DNA of 64,000 bases from Dehalococcoidia bacterium (GTDB lineage Bacteria > Chloroflexota > Dehalococcoidia > Lucifugimonadales > UBA2962), in assembly GCA_965219325.1 (NCBI GenBank), contig OZ244723.1, forward strand, positions 1,130,158 through 1,194,157. Direction: 5' to 3'. The translations under genes and the position numbers were made by a program. Of this stretch, positions 46,163 to 54,208 are shown in pieces. A model generated the notes under the pieces. The model did no database searches. It was not told the DNA's origin and worked only from the letters and a program-made list of their open reading frames with translations. Every line of letters begins with the position of its first letter. The first letter of the stretch is position 1.

Positions 46163-46192
46163 TTGTGTAATGTGCCGTATGGCCTCTATAAT
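46163..46192 (+). promoter_or_regulatory. sigma-70-like promoter candidate for 46260..48641
   Basis: TTGTGT (46163-46168), an 18-nt spacer, then TATAAT (46187-46192), about 68 nt upstream of the ATG. Confidence 0.4.
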
Positions 46193-46259
46193 GGGCGCGC
46201 CGGGCCGTGTGGGACTAGGGGGGCCGCGGGCCGTCCATGCCTGAACGGAGGTCGAGAGG

Positions 46260-48641
46260 ATGAAGAACGCCGGGGAGCTTGAGCGGGAGAACGAGGCCCT
46301 TCGCGACCGCCTCTCCAGGCTGAGCCAGGCCAGCCTGCGCATCAACGAGAGCCTGGACTTCGATGGCGTCCTTCAGGAGGTGGTGGACAGCGCCCGCGCC
46401 ATCACGGACGCCCGCTTCGGAGGGCTCACCACCGTGGACGGCTCGGGGCAGCTGGAGAGTTTCCTGAGCTCCGGCCTGACGCCCGAGCAACACGAGGCGC
46501 TGTACACCCCGGAGGGTCCGGCCATCTACGACCTCTTCCTGAATATGAAAGAGCCGCTGCGAGTCGACGACCTCACCGCCTACGTCAAGTCACTCGGCTA
46601 CCCCGGCAACTCGGCGTATCTGAAGAGCTTTCTGGGGACGCCGATCCTGCATCGCGGCGTGCCCGTTGGCCTGTGCTGTGTCGCCAACAAAGAGGGTGGG
46701 GGCGGGTTCACCCCCGAGGACGAGGCGACCCTGGTGATGTTCGCCTCCCAGGCGGCGCTGGTCATCGCCAACGCCCGCAGGCACCGGGAGGAGCAGCGGG
46801 CCAGGACCGACCTGGAGACCCTGGTGAACACCACACCTGTGGGCGTCTTGGTGTTCGACGCCAAGACGGGCGGCGTGACGTCGGTCAACCGGGAGGCCAG
46901 GAGGATCGTCAGCGACCTGTGTGCGCCCGGCGGCTCGGCGGAGCAGCTGCTGGAGGTGCTGACCTTCCGGCGGTTCGACGGGAGGGATGTCTCTCTGGAG
47001 GAGTTCCCCCTGGCCCTGGCGCTGAGCACGGGGGAGACGGTGCGAGCGGAGGAGATCGTCCTGCAGGGTCCCGAGGGTCGCAGCGTCACCACCCTGATCA
47101 ACGCCACGCCCATCTTCTCCGAGGAGGGCGAGGTCGAGTCGGTGGTCGTGACCCTACAGGACATGACGCCGATGGAGGAGCTTGAGCGGCTGCGGGCCGA
47201 GTTCCTGGGCATGGTGAGCCACGAGTTGCGGACGCCCCTGGCCGCCGTCAAGGGATCGGTGGATACCCTTCTGGAATCCGCCTCCGACCTGGACTCTGCC
47301 GAGATGACGCAGTTCTTCAGGATCATCCGCGACCAGTCGGAGAACATGCGTTACCTGATAGGCGACCTGCTGGACGTGGCCCGCATCGAGACGGGCACCC
47401 TGCCGGTTTCCCCCGAACCCGTAGAGGCGGGCGTCCTGGTGGACGAGGCCAGGAGCAGGTTCCAGAGCGGGGGCGGAAGGAGCAACCTCGTTATCGACCT
47501 GCCGCCGGATCTGCCCCGGGTCATGGCGGACCGGCGGCGCATCGTCCAGGCACTGGGCAACCTGCTCTCCAACGCGGCCCACCACTCGAACGAACTGTCC
47601 CCCATCCGGGTGGCCGCAGTGCGGGATGGCGTCCACGTCGCCTTCTCGGTGGCGGACGACGGCGTGGGCGTGCCCGCCGAGCGGCTGCCGCACCTGTTCC
47701 GCAAGTTCTCCCGGCTCGACGGCGAGGAGCGGGGACGTGAGATAGCCGGGTCGGGCCTGGGACTCGCCATCTGCAAGGGGATCGTGGAGGCCCACGGCGG
47801 CCGCATTCGGGCCGAGAGCGACGGGCTTGGTCTGGGAAGCCGGTTCACCTTCACCGTTCCGGCGGTGGAGGAGGCCGTCGCCCTTCCCCCTCCACGGTCA
47901 CGCCGGCGCAGGAGCAAGACCGCGGAGCGGCCCCGCGTCCTGTGCGTGGACGACGACCCGCAGACGCTCCGGTACGTGCGGGACGCCCTCACCAAGGCGG
48001 GCTACACGCCCGTCGTGACCGGAGACCCGGAGGAGGTCTCCCGGCTCATGGCGGAGGAAGCGCCCCGCCTGGTCCTGCTGGACATGATGCTGCCGGGCAG
48101 CGACGGCATGGAGCTGATGAAGGACATCCGGGAAGTCTCCGACGTGCCGGTCATCTTCCTGTCCGTCAACGGCCAGGAGGAGGTCGTCGCCCGGGCCTTC
48201 GACATGGGAGCGGCCGACTACGTGGTCAAGCCCTTCTCGCCGACGGAGCTTGCGGCCAGGATCAGGGCGGCCCTGCGCAAGCTGCGCAAGCGCGCGGCGC
48301 CGGAGCTGGCCCAGCCCTCCGAGCCCTACGTGCGTGGAGACCTGACCATCGACTATGCCCAGCGCAGGGTTACGGTGGCCGGCCGCCCGGTCGAGCTCAC
48401 CTACACCGAGTACCGGATGCTGGTCGAGCTTTCGGTGAACGCGGGGCGGGCGCTGACCCACGTGCACCTGCTGCAACGGGTCTGGGGACCGGACAAGGGC
48501 GAAGACACCGGGCCGGTGAGGAACATCGTCAAGAGGCTGCGCCGCAAGCTGGGCGAGGACGCGTCCAACCCGGCCTTCATCTTCGCCGTGCCCAGGGTCG
48601 GCTATCGGATGGAGAAGGGGGAGGGGCAGGAGGATGCGTGA
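46260..48641 (+). CDS. single-polypeptide two-component system: coiled coil, GAF, PAS, HisKA, HATPase_c, REC, OmpR/PhoB-type winged-helix DNA-binding domain
   Basis: H-box FLGMVSHELRTPL, N-box LGNLLSNAAHH, G-boxes VADDGVGV and GSGLGLAICKGIVEAHGG. REC: VLCVDDD...LVLLDMMLPGSDG...KPF. wHTH: ELTYTEYRMLVEL...VRNIVKRLRRKL...VGYRM. No TM segment seen. Confidence 0.9.
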   Translation: MKNAGELERENEALRDRLSRLSQASLRINESLDFDGVLQEVVDSARAITDARFGGLTTVDGSGQLESFLSSGLTPEQHEALYTPEGPAIYDLFLNMKEPLRVDDLTAYVKSLGYPGNSAYLKSFLGTPILHRGVPVGLCCVANKEGGGGFTPEDEATLVMFASQAALVIANARRHREEQRARTDLETLVNTTPVGVLVFDAKTGGVTSVNREARRIVSDLCAPGGSAEQLLEVLTFRRFDGRDVSLEEFPLALALSTGETVRAEEIVLQGPEGRSVTTLINATPIFSEEGEVESVVVTLQDMTPMEELERLRAEFLGMVSHELRTPLAAVKGSVDTLLESASDLDSAEMTQFFRIIRDQSENMRYLIGDLLDVARIETGTLPVSPEPVEAGVLVDEARSRFQSGGGRSNLVIDLPPDLPRVMADRRRIVQALGNLLSNAAHHSNELSPIRVAAVRDGVHVAFSVADDGVGVPAERLPHLFRKFSRLDGEERGREIAGSGLGLAICKGIVEAHGGRIRAESDGLGLGSRFTFTVPAVEEAVALPPPRSRRRRSKTAERPRVLCVDDDPQTLRYVRDALTKAGYTPVVTGDPEEVSRLMAEEAPRLVLLDMMLPGSDGMELMKDIREVSDVPVIFLSVNGQEEVVARAFDMGAADYVVKPFSPTELAARIRAALRKLRKRAAPELAQPSEPYVRGDLTIDYAQRRVTVAGRPVELTYTEYRMLVELSVNAGRALTHVHLLQRVWGPDKGEDTGPVRNIVKRLRRKLGEDASNPAFIFAVPRVGYRMEKGEGQEDA

Positions 48642-49099
48642 CAGAGCCGAAAGAGGAAACGGAGCCACTGTGTTCCCTCTTTGCGGCCCTCAGCCCTGTC
48701 ACGCCATAATAGTCAAGCCCCGGTTAGGCTCCGGGCTTTGGTAGGTGCCCCGAGCCACATCTCGAAGATAGTGCCATCTACCGTCCACTTAGGCCCACCT
48801 ATGGGGACTCGAACCGCATTTCATCCACGGCGAGCTACCCCACAACGACCAAGGATCCTCCCTAACTTGCCAAATGGTCTACGACCGCAAAGTGCCAACG
48901 GCGATGAGACGCCCGTATTGGGGAAACTCTGCAAGCTGATAGGCAACAAGCTCAAAGACCGCAGTCGGTTTGCCACCAAATCCCTTTTGGCCCAGTAGCT
49001 AACTCATTTGACTCGTGTTGAGCGTCGTCATGAGATGCTCCCGCCGGGTTGAACTATCTTAGGCCGAGATGAATATCGAGATCGGAGGAATCACTACCC

Positions 49100-49390
49100 A
49101 TGCCACAGTTCACTACGACAACTCTGGAAGAAGCGCAGAGGCTCACGGGCGGCGGAAAGAGGGAGAAGGAACTGGCCGCATACCTTGAGAGCGTCAACGG
49201 CCTGTCCGCTGGAACTGCGGGCAAAGTGGTCCCGTCGGAGGGCGAGAGCCTATCGACGGTGAGGCGCAGGCTGGGCGACGCTGTGCGCAGGTCGGGTCGG
49301 GACATCGAGATAAGACGAACGGATGACGCCGTCCATTTCTGGATCAAGGAGGGGCGTCGCCGGGGTCGCCCGAGGTCCCGTCGCGAATAG
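49100..49390 (+). CDS. small AT-hook-like DNA-binding protein (96 aa), copy 1
   Basis: ATG after GGAGGAA. C-terminus RRRGRPRSRRE (RGRP core). About 90% identical to 51508..51798. Confidence 0.6.
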   Translation: MPQFTTTTLEEAQRLTGGGKREKELAAYLESVNGLSAGTAGKVVPSEGESLSTVRRRLGDAVRRSGRDIEIRRTDDAVHFWIKEGRRRGRPRSRRE

Positions 49391-49398
49391 AGCCGCCA

Positions 49399-49915
49399 AC
49401 TGCCAAGGAACCTTGCGCACACGACGGCGGTAGACGGTTTCGTCGCGGCGCTGGCCGTGCAGGCCCGATCGACCGGCTGGGATGTGGTGCAAGTCGACCC
49501 TCCCACCCGTGCGTCCAGGTACTTTCGGCACGGGGGGATCCTGCGGTCCGTGCACCCGGACGCGTTCTGCATCCTGCGCAGGGGAGCCGTGACGTGGCCG
49601 TTCTTCCTGGAGTGGGAGCGGCGAGCGGTACGGCCGGTCACCATGGCGGCGCGGCTCGCGCCCTACGTGCGTTACTACTCGACCCGCCGTCCCATCGACG
49701 ACCACGGCGTGCGGCCCACGGTTATGATCGTGTTCGACGACGACCTGGCCGCCGCGGGCTTTCTTCGGGTGGCCCGCCGGGAGATGGAGAGGGCCCGGGC
49801 TGTGGTACCCCTCCTTGTCTCGGACAGGGGAACGGTGCACAGGCTGGGGCCGCTGGGACCGGCGTGGCGCAAGGCTGGGGAGTGGTCGTCCTGCCATGCT
49901 CTACCCGCGGCCTGA
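49399..49915 (+). pseudogene. 3' fragment (last roughly 170 codons) of a second, diverged Replic_Relax relaxase gene
   Basis: ..RNLAHTTAVDGFVAALAVQARSTGWDVVQVDPPTRASRYF... is collinear with residues about 378-549 of 28830..30479. It has no N-terminal part and starts directly after the stop of 49100..49390. Confidence 0.75.
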
Positions 49916-49918
49916 GCA

Positions 49919-51301
49919 TTAGGATTCTCCCGGGTCATCGTAACTCTCATCCAATGCGACCTCCTGTTCGGGCCAAACAAATGGAGAGTACGTGTAGTCT
50001 TCTTCCCGCGTTTCGCCAACCGACCAAGTGTCGAATACTACGTCGAGTAGCCAAATCAGCGCAGATTCCAGATCGAGAGGTCCGGATTCCGGGTCATACT
50101 TCTCGTCCCAGCCAAGCAGTTCCTCCAGCTTCTCACTCAGGTGCAGTGCTGACCGGTATACATTCCCGACACTCTCCGCAGATCCGTCCACCAAAGAGTA
50201 AATGTGTCGATCGTAAGCGGTGCTGAGTTCGTCGTATCTCTCTGCCTCCTCTAGGCTCAGTTTGCGTTTGTGAACTTCCGCTCGGGGACCAAAGGGTTCA
50301 CTCTTGAACCAGTACATGACTGTAGCCCAGTGAAACTCGAAGCGCAGGGCTGTTCGGGGTGTCTGCAGATGCTTTTCCTCATAGGCTCCCTCCAGCATGC
50401 GGCAAACGAGGCGTTTAACTGCGTCCGGGATTTTCTCTTCCGCGCCCATGAAATCTACGTTCTCCAAAGGCATGACAGCGTATTCAGCATCTTCGTCTAT
50501 GACTTCGGTCCACAGATTCTTATATGCCGCCAAGTTCCTGTACGGGAACGTCCATCGGAACGGGAATCGCGTCGCGTCGTACCTGAGGTGTCCCGACCCA
50601 CGTGCAACGAAGTCCTGTCCTTCGCTGCTGAGCGCTTCTAGCTTCATCGCTATCTTTACAGGCCGTTCCACGTCGGTACCGATTTGCGCGCGAATGTGTT
50701 CAAAGATATCCGTGGCGGGCTCCGCACTTGTGCCAGATTGACGAAGTACCTTTTCCAACCTCTCACGTGACCTCAATTCTGAAAGCCGACAGACAGGAAT
50801 GCCCCTACTCCTAGCGGTATGTGAGAGGTCCCAATCTCTGGTAATGAGCAGGGTCGAGGTTTCAGGAAACGCTCGTGAACAGTCGTCTGCCAGCTTGAGC
50901 AGCGAAGTGTCGACCTTCCCTAAGATCATGCGGAACCGTTCATCCTCCAGCTTGCTGCCATTGGAGGGCTTTGCGGAGTCAACCGTGATCAAGAAATGTC
51001 CGTTGTTAAGCTCGATCCCGGTAGCTGCATTCCCTCGCTTGTAAATCCTGTCAGTCAAGCTGCAGGCCCTATAGGCTTTCTCCTGAGTCTCTTTGTCTTT
51101 GCCGCCTCGCTTCAGTTTCATTAGTTCACTGACCACCAGGACAGGAACAACCATCAGGAATTTGCCTTCTGTGTTTATCTCATACAAGTCCAACCTTGGG
51201 GCGTCCATTATCGTGTTGGTGTCCAAGAGCAATATCCCGCGCGGGTTCAAACGGCTAACGGCGTCCACAAGGTTGTCAGGTGATTCCATCTCAGGCTCCA
51301 A
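49919..51301 (-). CDS. PIN-domain protein (N-terminal about 190 aa) with a roughly 270-aa C-terminal domain of unknown function
   Basis: PIN acidic positions: ILLLDTN, VVSELMKLK, DTSLLKLA, LLITRDWDL. Markedly lower G+C than flanking DNA. Confidence 0.7.
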   Translation of the reverse strand: MEPEMESPDNLVDAVSRLNPRGILLLDTNTIMDAPRLDLYEINTEGKFLMVVPVLVVSELMKLKRGGKDKETQEKAYRACSLTDRIYKRGNAATGIELNNGHFLITVDSAKPSNGSKLEDERFRMILGKVDTSLLKLADDCSRAFPETSTLLITRDWDLSHTARSRGIPVCRLSELRSRERLEKVLRQSGTSAEPATDIFEHIRAQIGTDVERPVKIAMKLEALSSEGQDFVARGSGHLRYDATRFPFRWTFPYRNLAAYKNLWTEVIDEDAEYAVMPLENVDFMGAEEKIPDAVKRLVCRMLEGAYEEKHLQTPRTALRFEFHWATVMYWFKSEPFGPRAEVHKRKLSLEEAERYDELSTAYDRHIYSLVDGSAESVGNVYRSALHLSEKLEELLGWDEKYDPESGPLDLESALIWLLDVVFDTWSVGETREEDYTYSPFVWPEQEVALDESYDDPGES

Positions 51302-51507
51302 CTGTCGAAGATCTCAAGTTAAATCCGAATTCAGCCGTTTCTTGAAGGCTTCACTTCACTCACCTAAGTGTAAGGCAGTCTTTAATCATCTCTCTGTTTC
51401 TCGGGTAGCATGGCAGGTGGCCATCTGGAATCTCTTCCCGGTAGTCTCGAGGTCTTGTACAACGTACGCTCCGATACCTCATAATCTGATTGGAGGAACC
51501 ACTAACG

Positions 51508-51798
51508 ATGCCACAGTTCACGACGACGACCCTGGAGGAAGCGCTAAGGCTCACGGGCGGCGGCAAGAGGGAGAAGGACCTGGCCGCGTACCTTGAGAGC
51601 GTCAACGGCCTGTCCGCCGGGACCGCCGGCAAGGTGGTCCCGGCGGAGGGAGAGACCCTATCGACGGTCAGGCGCAGGCTGGGGGACGCCGTCCGCAGGT
51701 CGGGCCGGGACATCGAGATAAGGCGAACGGACGCCGCCGTCTTTTTTTGGGTCAAGGATGGCCGTCGCAGGGGTCGCCCGAGATCCCGCCGCGAATAG
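51508..51798 (+). CDS. small AT-hook-like DNA-binding protein (96 aa), copy 2
   Basis: MPQFTTTTLEEALRLTGGGKREKDLAAYLESVNGLSAGTAGKVV... with an RRRGRPRSRRE tail. RBS GGAGGAA. Confidence 0.6.
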   Translation: MPQFTTTTLEEALRLTGGGKREKDLAAYLESVNGLSAGTAGKVVPAEGETLSTVRRRLGDAVRRSGRDIEIRRTDAAVFFWVKDGRRRGRPRSRRE

Positions 51799-51938
51799 AA
51801 CCACCGGCTTCTCGTCCTAACGTGGGTGGCATTCCGGGCGGGTAGCCCGGGCGAGGGTAGGGGCTGGACGACTATAGTTCTCTTGCCGCTGGCCGGTTCA
51901 CCCGTCCCGCCGATGGGCATTGCGGCCAGCCGTTCGCG

Positions 51939-52367
51939 TCAATCCAACTTCAGTGGCACCTGGAGCCTTAAGACCTCTTCGGGCACCCCGAAGTGCTCGG
52001 CGACTTGCCAAGAGTGGGTGAATCCCCGCTCGACAACCTCGCGCACGTCCAGCAGAAGTGTGTGGGCAAAGTCCTCGGCCTCCCGCTCGAACTTGTGGGC
52101 GAGACCGGTGTGTTTGCGAATCCAGAGGTGGTTGCCCGGGTGCATGAGCAGGTGCCCGATGGCGTGAGCCATGCACCATCGCTTCCACTCCGGCTCAAGC
52201 CTGTGCGCGATGCATACGAATTCGCCGAGCTTAAGCTCCTTATGTTTGCGCAGGGGCCGCTGCCATATCTCCAGTTCCAGGATGTCGGCCACTCCCTTAG
52301 CGTCGACCCGGCCGTGGAGCCTGAGCATGCGGCGAAGCTCCACGGCCCTTCGCTGCGCACGGTTCAT
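51939..52367 (-). CDS. ImmA/IrrE-like metallopeptidase-fold protein with a variant zinc motif (HAIGH instead of HExxH)
   Basis: ..WCMAHAIGHLLMHPGNH.. aligns with the ..AHELGH..LH.. core of the family. Its ATG overlaps the stop of the upstream XRE gene. Confidence 0.6.
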   Translation of the reverse strand: MNRAQRRAVELRRMLRLHGRVDAKGVADILELEIWQRPLRKHKELKLGEFVCIAHRLEPEWKRWCMAHAIGHLLMHPGNHLWIRKHTGLAHKFEREAEDFAHTLLLDVREVVERGFTHSWQVAEHFGVPEEVLRLQVPLKLD

Positions 52368-52744
52368 CAGCCACCCTGCTTCTTCCTCCTCCGGCGCTCC
52401 CGCACGAATCGTATGAATTCCCGTATCTCCTCGAGGTCCTCGATCGGAAGGCCTGTGACGGAGTCCCTGAAGGAGACGTCGGCCTCCTTGAGAAGCTCGG
52501 CCTCGACGACGTCCATGCCAAACAGCGACTCGGTGCTGACCTCGAACAGATAGGCGAGCTCGAGCAGGTGGTCGGCGTTGGGCTTCATCTTCCCGGCCTC
52601 CCAGCACCAGACGGAGTGATTGCTGACGCCGACCAGCCTGGCGACCTGCTTCTGGGTCAGGCCGGCCCTGTTCCTGGCCTCCCTGATGCGGGCGCCGATG
52701 TCCTTCCACTTGTAGCCGTCGTCCTGCGGCGTGTTCGCGGTCAA
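52367..52744 (-). CDS. XRE-family HTH repressor (ImmR-like partner)
   Basis: IGARIREARNRAGLTQKQVARLVGVSNHSVWCWEAGKMKP. Confidence 0.8.
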   Translation of the reverse strand: MTANTPQDDGYKWKDIGARIREARNRAGLTQKQVARLVGVSNHSVWCWEAGKMKPNADHLLELAYLFEVSTESLFGMDVVEAELLKEADVSFRDSVTGLPIEDLEEIREFIRFVRERRRRKKQGG

Positions 52745-52804
52745 GGCTGACGATCGGCTCGGGGAAGGGATGTGGTCACGGGGAAAGGGTCAGCACGAAC
52801 GTTC

Positions 52805-52833
52805 TTGTGTTGCTGTCAATCCTATCATAGAAT
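52805..52833 (+). promoter_or_regulatory. sigma-70-like promoter candidate in the divergent XRE/XRE intergenic region
   Basis: TTGTGT (52805-52810), a 17-nt spacer, then TAGAAT (52828-52833). Confidence 0.35.
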
Positions 52834-52843
52834 GAAGCTCTAA

Positions 52844-53119
52844 GTGCACTTATGGTATCACCACGAGGAGCGAATTCACCGCATGGCGCGCACGGGACGG
52901 ACGGTCGTCCTACTGAAGAGACGGGTCCTCTGGGACCGGCTGGATCTGCTGAACAGGTCGCAGAGCTGGCTGGCCCGCGAGGTTGGGATCAGCCCCAGCT
53001 ACCTGTCGAGGCTGCTGCGGGACGGACGTGCTCCGTCCGGGCGCATCCGGCGCCGGTTGCAACACGTTCTGGGCTTCGACGGCTTCGACGACCTGTTCGA
53101 GCTGGAGCGCCCGGGTTGA
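52844..53119 (+). CDS. XRE-family HTH regulator (start uncertain: GTG 52844 or ATG 52883)
   Basis: ..LLNRSQSWLAREVGISPSYLSRLLRDGRAPS..RRRLQHVLG...FDDLF. Paralog of 30484..30894. Confidence 0.65.
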   Translation: MHLWYHHEERIHRMARTGRTVVLLKRRVLWDRLDLLNRSQSWLAREVGISPSYLSRLLRDGRAPSGRIRRRLQHVLGFDGFDDLFELERPG

Positions 53120-53439
53120 AGCGGCGCTGGCGCTTTCTTCCCCCCGCTTCCTGCTGCGGCGGGCTCAGGATCGATGACCGTCTGCTCGTCTATGCCACGG
53201 CCCAGTTGCCGGAGGACTTCCCCCAGCGTCTGTGCCGGTTCAAGGAGATGACCGGGCTGAGCTGGAACCAGCTCTGCGACGTCCTGGGGGTGAGCAGCAA
53301 GCAGATGCGCCGGTGGCGGAAGGGGATCGAGCCGTGCGGCGGTGCGATGCTGGCGATCATCTGGGTTGCATCCCAGGTTTCGGGCGGCCTGGACGTGATC
53401 ATGGGCGAGGGATTCGCGGCGTCCTTCGCGACGGTCTGA
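53116..53439 (+). CDS. small HTH protein, paralog family member (start uncertain; TTG overlapping the upstream stop is proposed)
   Basis: ..LPEDFPQRLCRFKEMTGLSWNQLCDVLGVSSKQMRRWRKG.. Confidence 0.45.
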   Translation: MKRRWRFLPPASCCGGLRIDDRLLVYATAQLPEDFPQRLCRFKEMTGLSWNQLCDVLGVSSKQMRRWRKGIEPCGGAMLAIIWVASQVSGGLDVIMGEGFAASFATV

Positions 53440-53443
53440 CAGC

Positions 53444-53704
53444 ATGCCCCGTCAGCGGAGGACATACAGGAAGCTGAGACACGTCGTTCCCGAGGAGTTC
53501 GGGGAGAGCCTTGTTCGCTTCAAGGAGGCCTCGGGCCTGCCGTGGGGAGAGATCGCGCGGCTCATCGGGAGCACCGAGTTGGCGCTGTGGCGGTGGCGGA
53601 ACGGGGTGCATCCCAACTGGCCGCACCTGCTTGCCCTGCTGGACCTTGCGGAGGGCCTGGGGCTGGCGCACACGCTTCCCATACGCAGGGTACGTCCCCG
53701 GTAG
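53444..53704 (+). CDS. small HTH protein, paralog family member (86 aa)
   Basis: MPRQRRTYRKLRHVVPEEFGESLVRFKEASGLPWGEIARLIGSTELALWRWRNG...LGLAHTL. Confidence 0.6.
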   Translation: MPRQRRTYRKLRHVVPEEFGESLVRFKEASGLPWGEIARLIGSTELALWRWRNGVHPNWPHLLALLDLAEGLGLAHTLPIRRVRPR

Positions 53705-53995
53705 GGCTCCGCAACCGAACCCCACCTCGCATGGATGGCTGCCGTCGCCGAACGGCCGGCGGCTTATGAGCTGACGTCCTTTCCCACATCGTCAGGCGCC
53801 TTCGCCCGTGGTCCGGGTGTGTCCCTTCGATCAACCGACCTCTCTCCAGGTGGACCGTTCATCGGTGAACGCGCCTAAGGGACCTTATCGCGGGGTTCTA
53901 CCGGGCGACACACTTGCCATACAGAACGGTAGTTCTTTCGTGCGTCCGGAGCAATTCGCCTCGGACGCCGGGTGGCCGGTGACGAGGAGGTTGTC

Positions 53996-54208
53996 ATGCA
54001 AGGCGGGAAGAGGCCGAACGAAACTAGAGCTAAACGCGGGCAGTCGCCGGAGCCGCATATAGGTACGGTCACCTTCAATCCCGGTCCCGACGCCGAGGAC
54101 CGGTTGCGCAGGCTGTTCATCCTGCTGCTGGGCTTGGCGAACGAGGCCCGGACACCTGGGGAGGGTAGGGACGGGGGTGCCTGTAGCGATGCCGGGGGAG
54201 GGGAATGA
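53996..54208 (+). CDS. small hypothetical protein (70 aa)
   Basis: ATG after GAGGAGG. ATGA overlap with the next gene. Confidence 0.4.
   Translation: MQGGKRPNETRAKRGQSPEPHIGTVTFNPGPDAEDRLRRLFILLLGLANEARTPGEGRDGGACSDAGGGE

Noticed and set aside
48795-48850. tRNA-like signature on the minus strand (GGTTCGAGTCCCC T-arm-like sequence preceded by GGGGTAGCTCG).
   Set aside because: No complete cloverleaf can be drawn. There is no matching acceptor 5' strand, no anticodon arm and no CCA context. The segment folds instead as one imperfect hairpin. It could be a tRNA-derived attachment-site relic, but that is not supportable here; a tRNAscan/ARAGORN run would settle it.
30484-53119. Possibility that the oppositely oriented XRE/HTH modules (30484-31226 and 52844-53704) are inverted repeats of an invertible segment acted on by the serine recombinase.
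   Set aside because: Similarity is only at protein level (diverged paralogs). No nucleotide-level inverted repeats were seen at the module edges.
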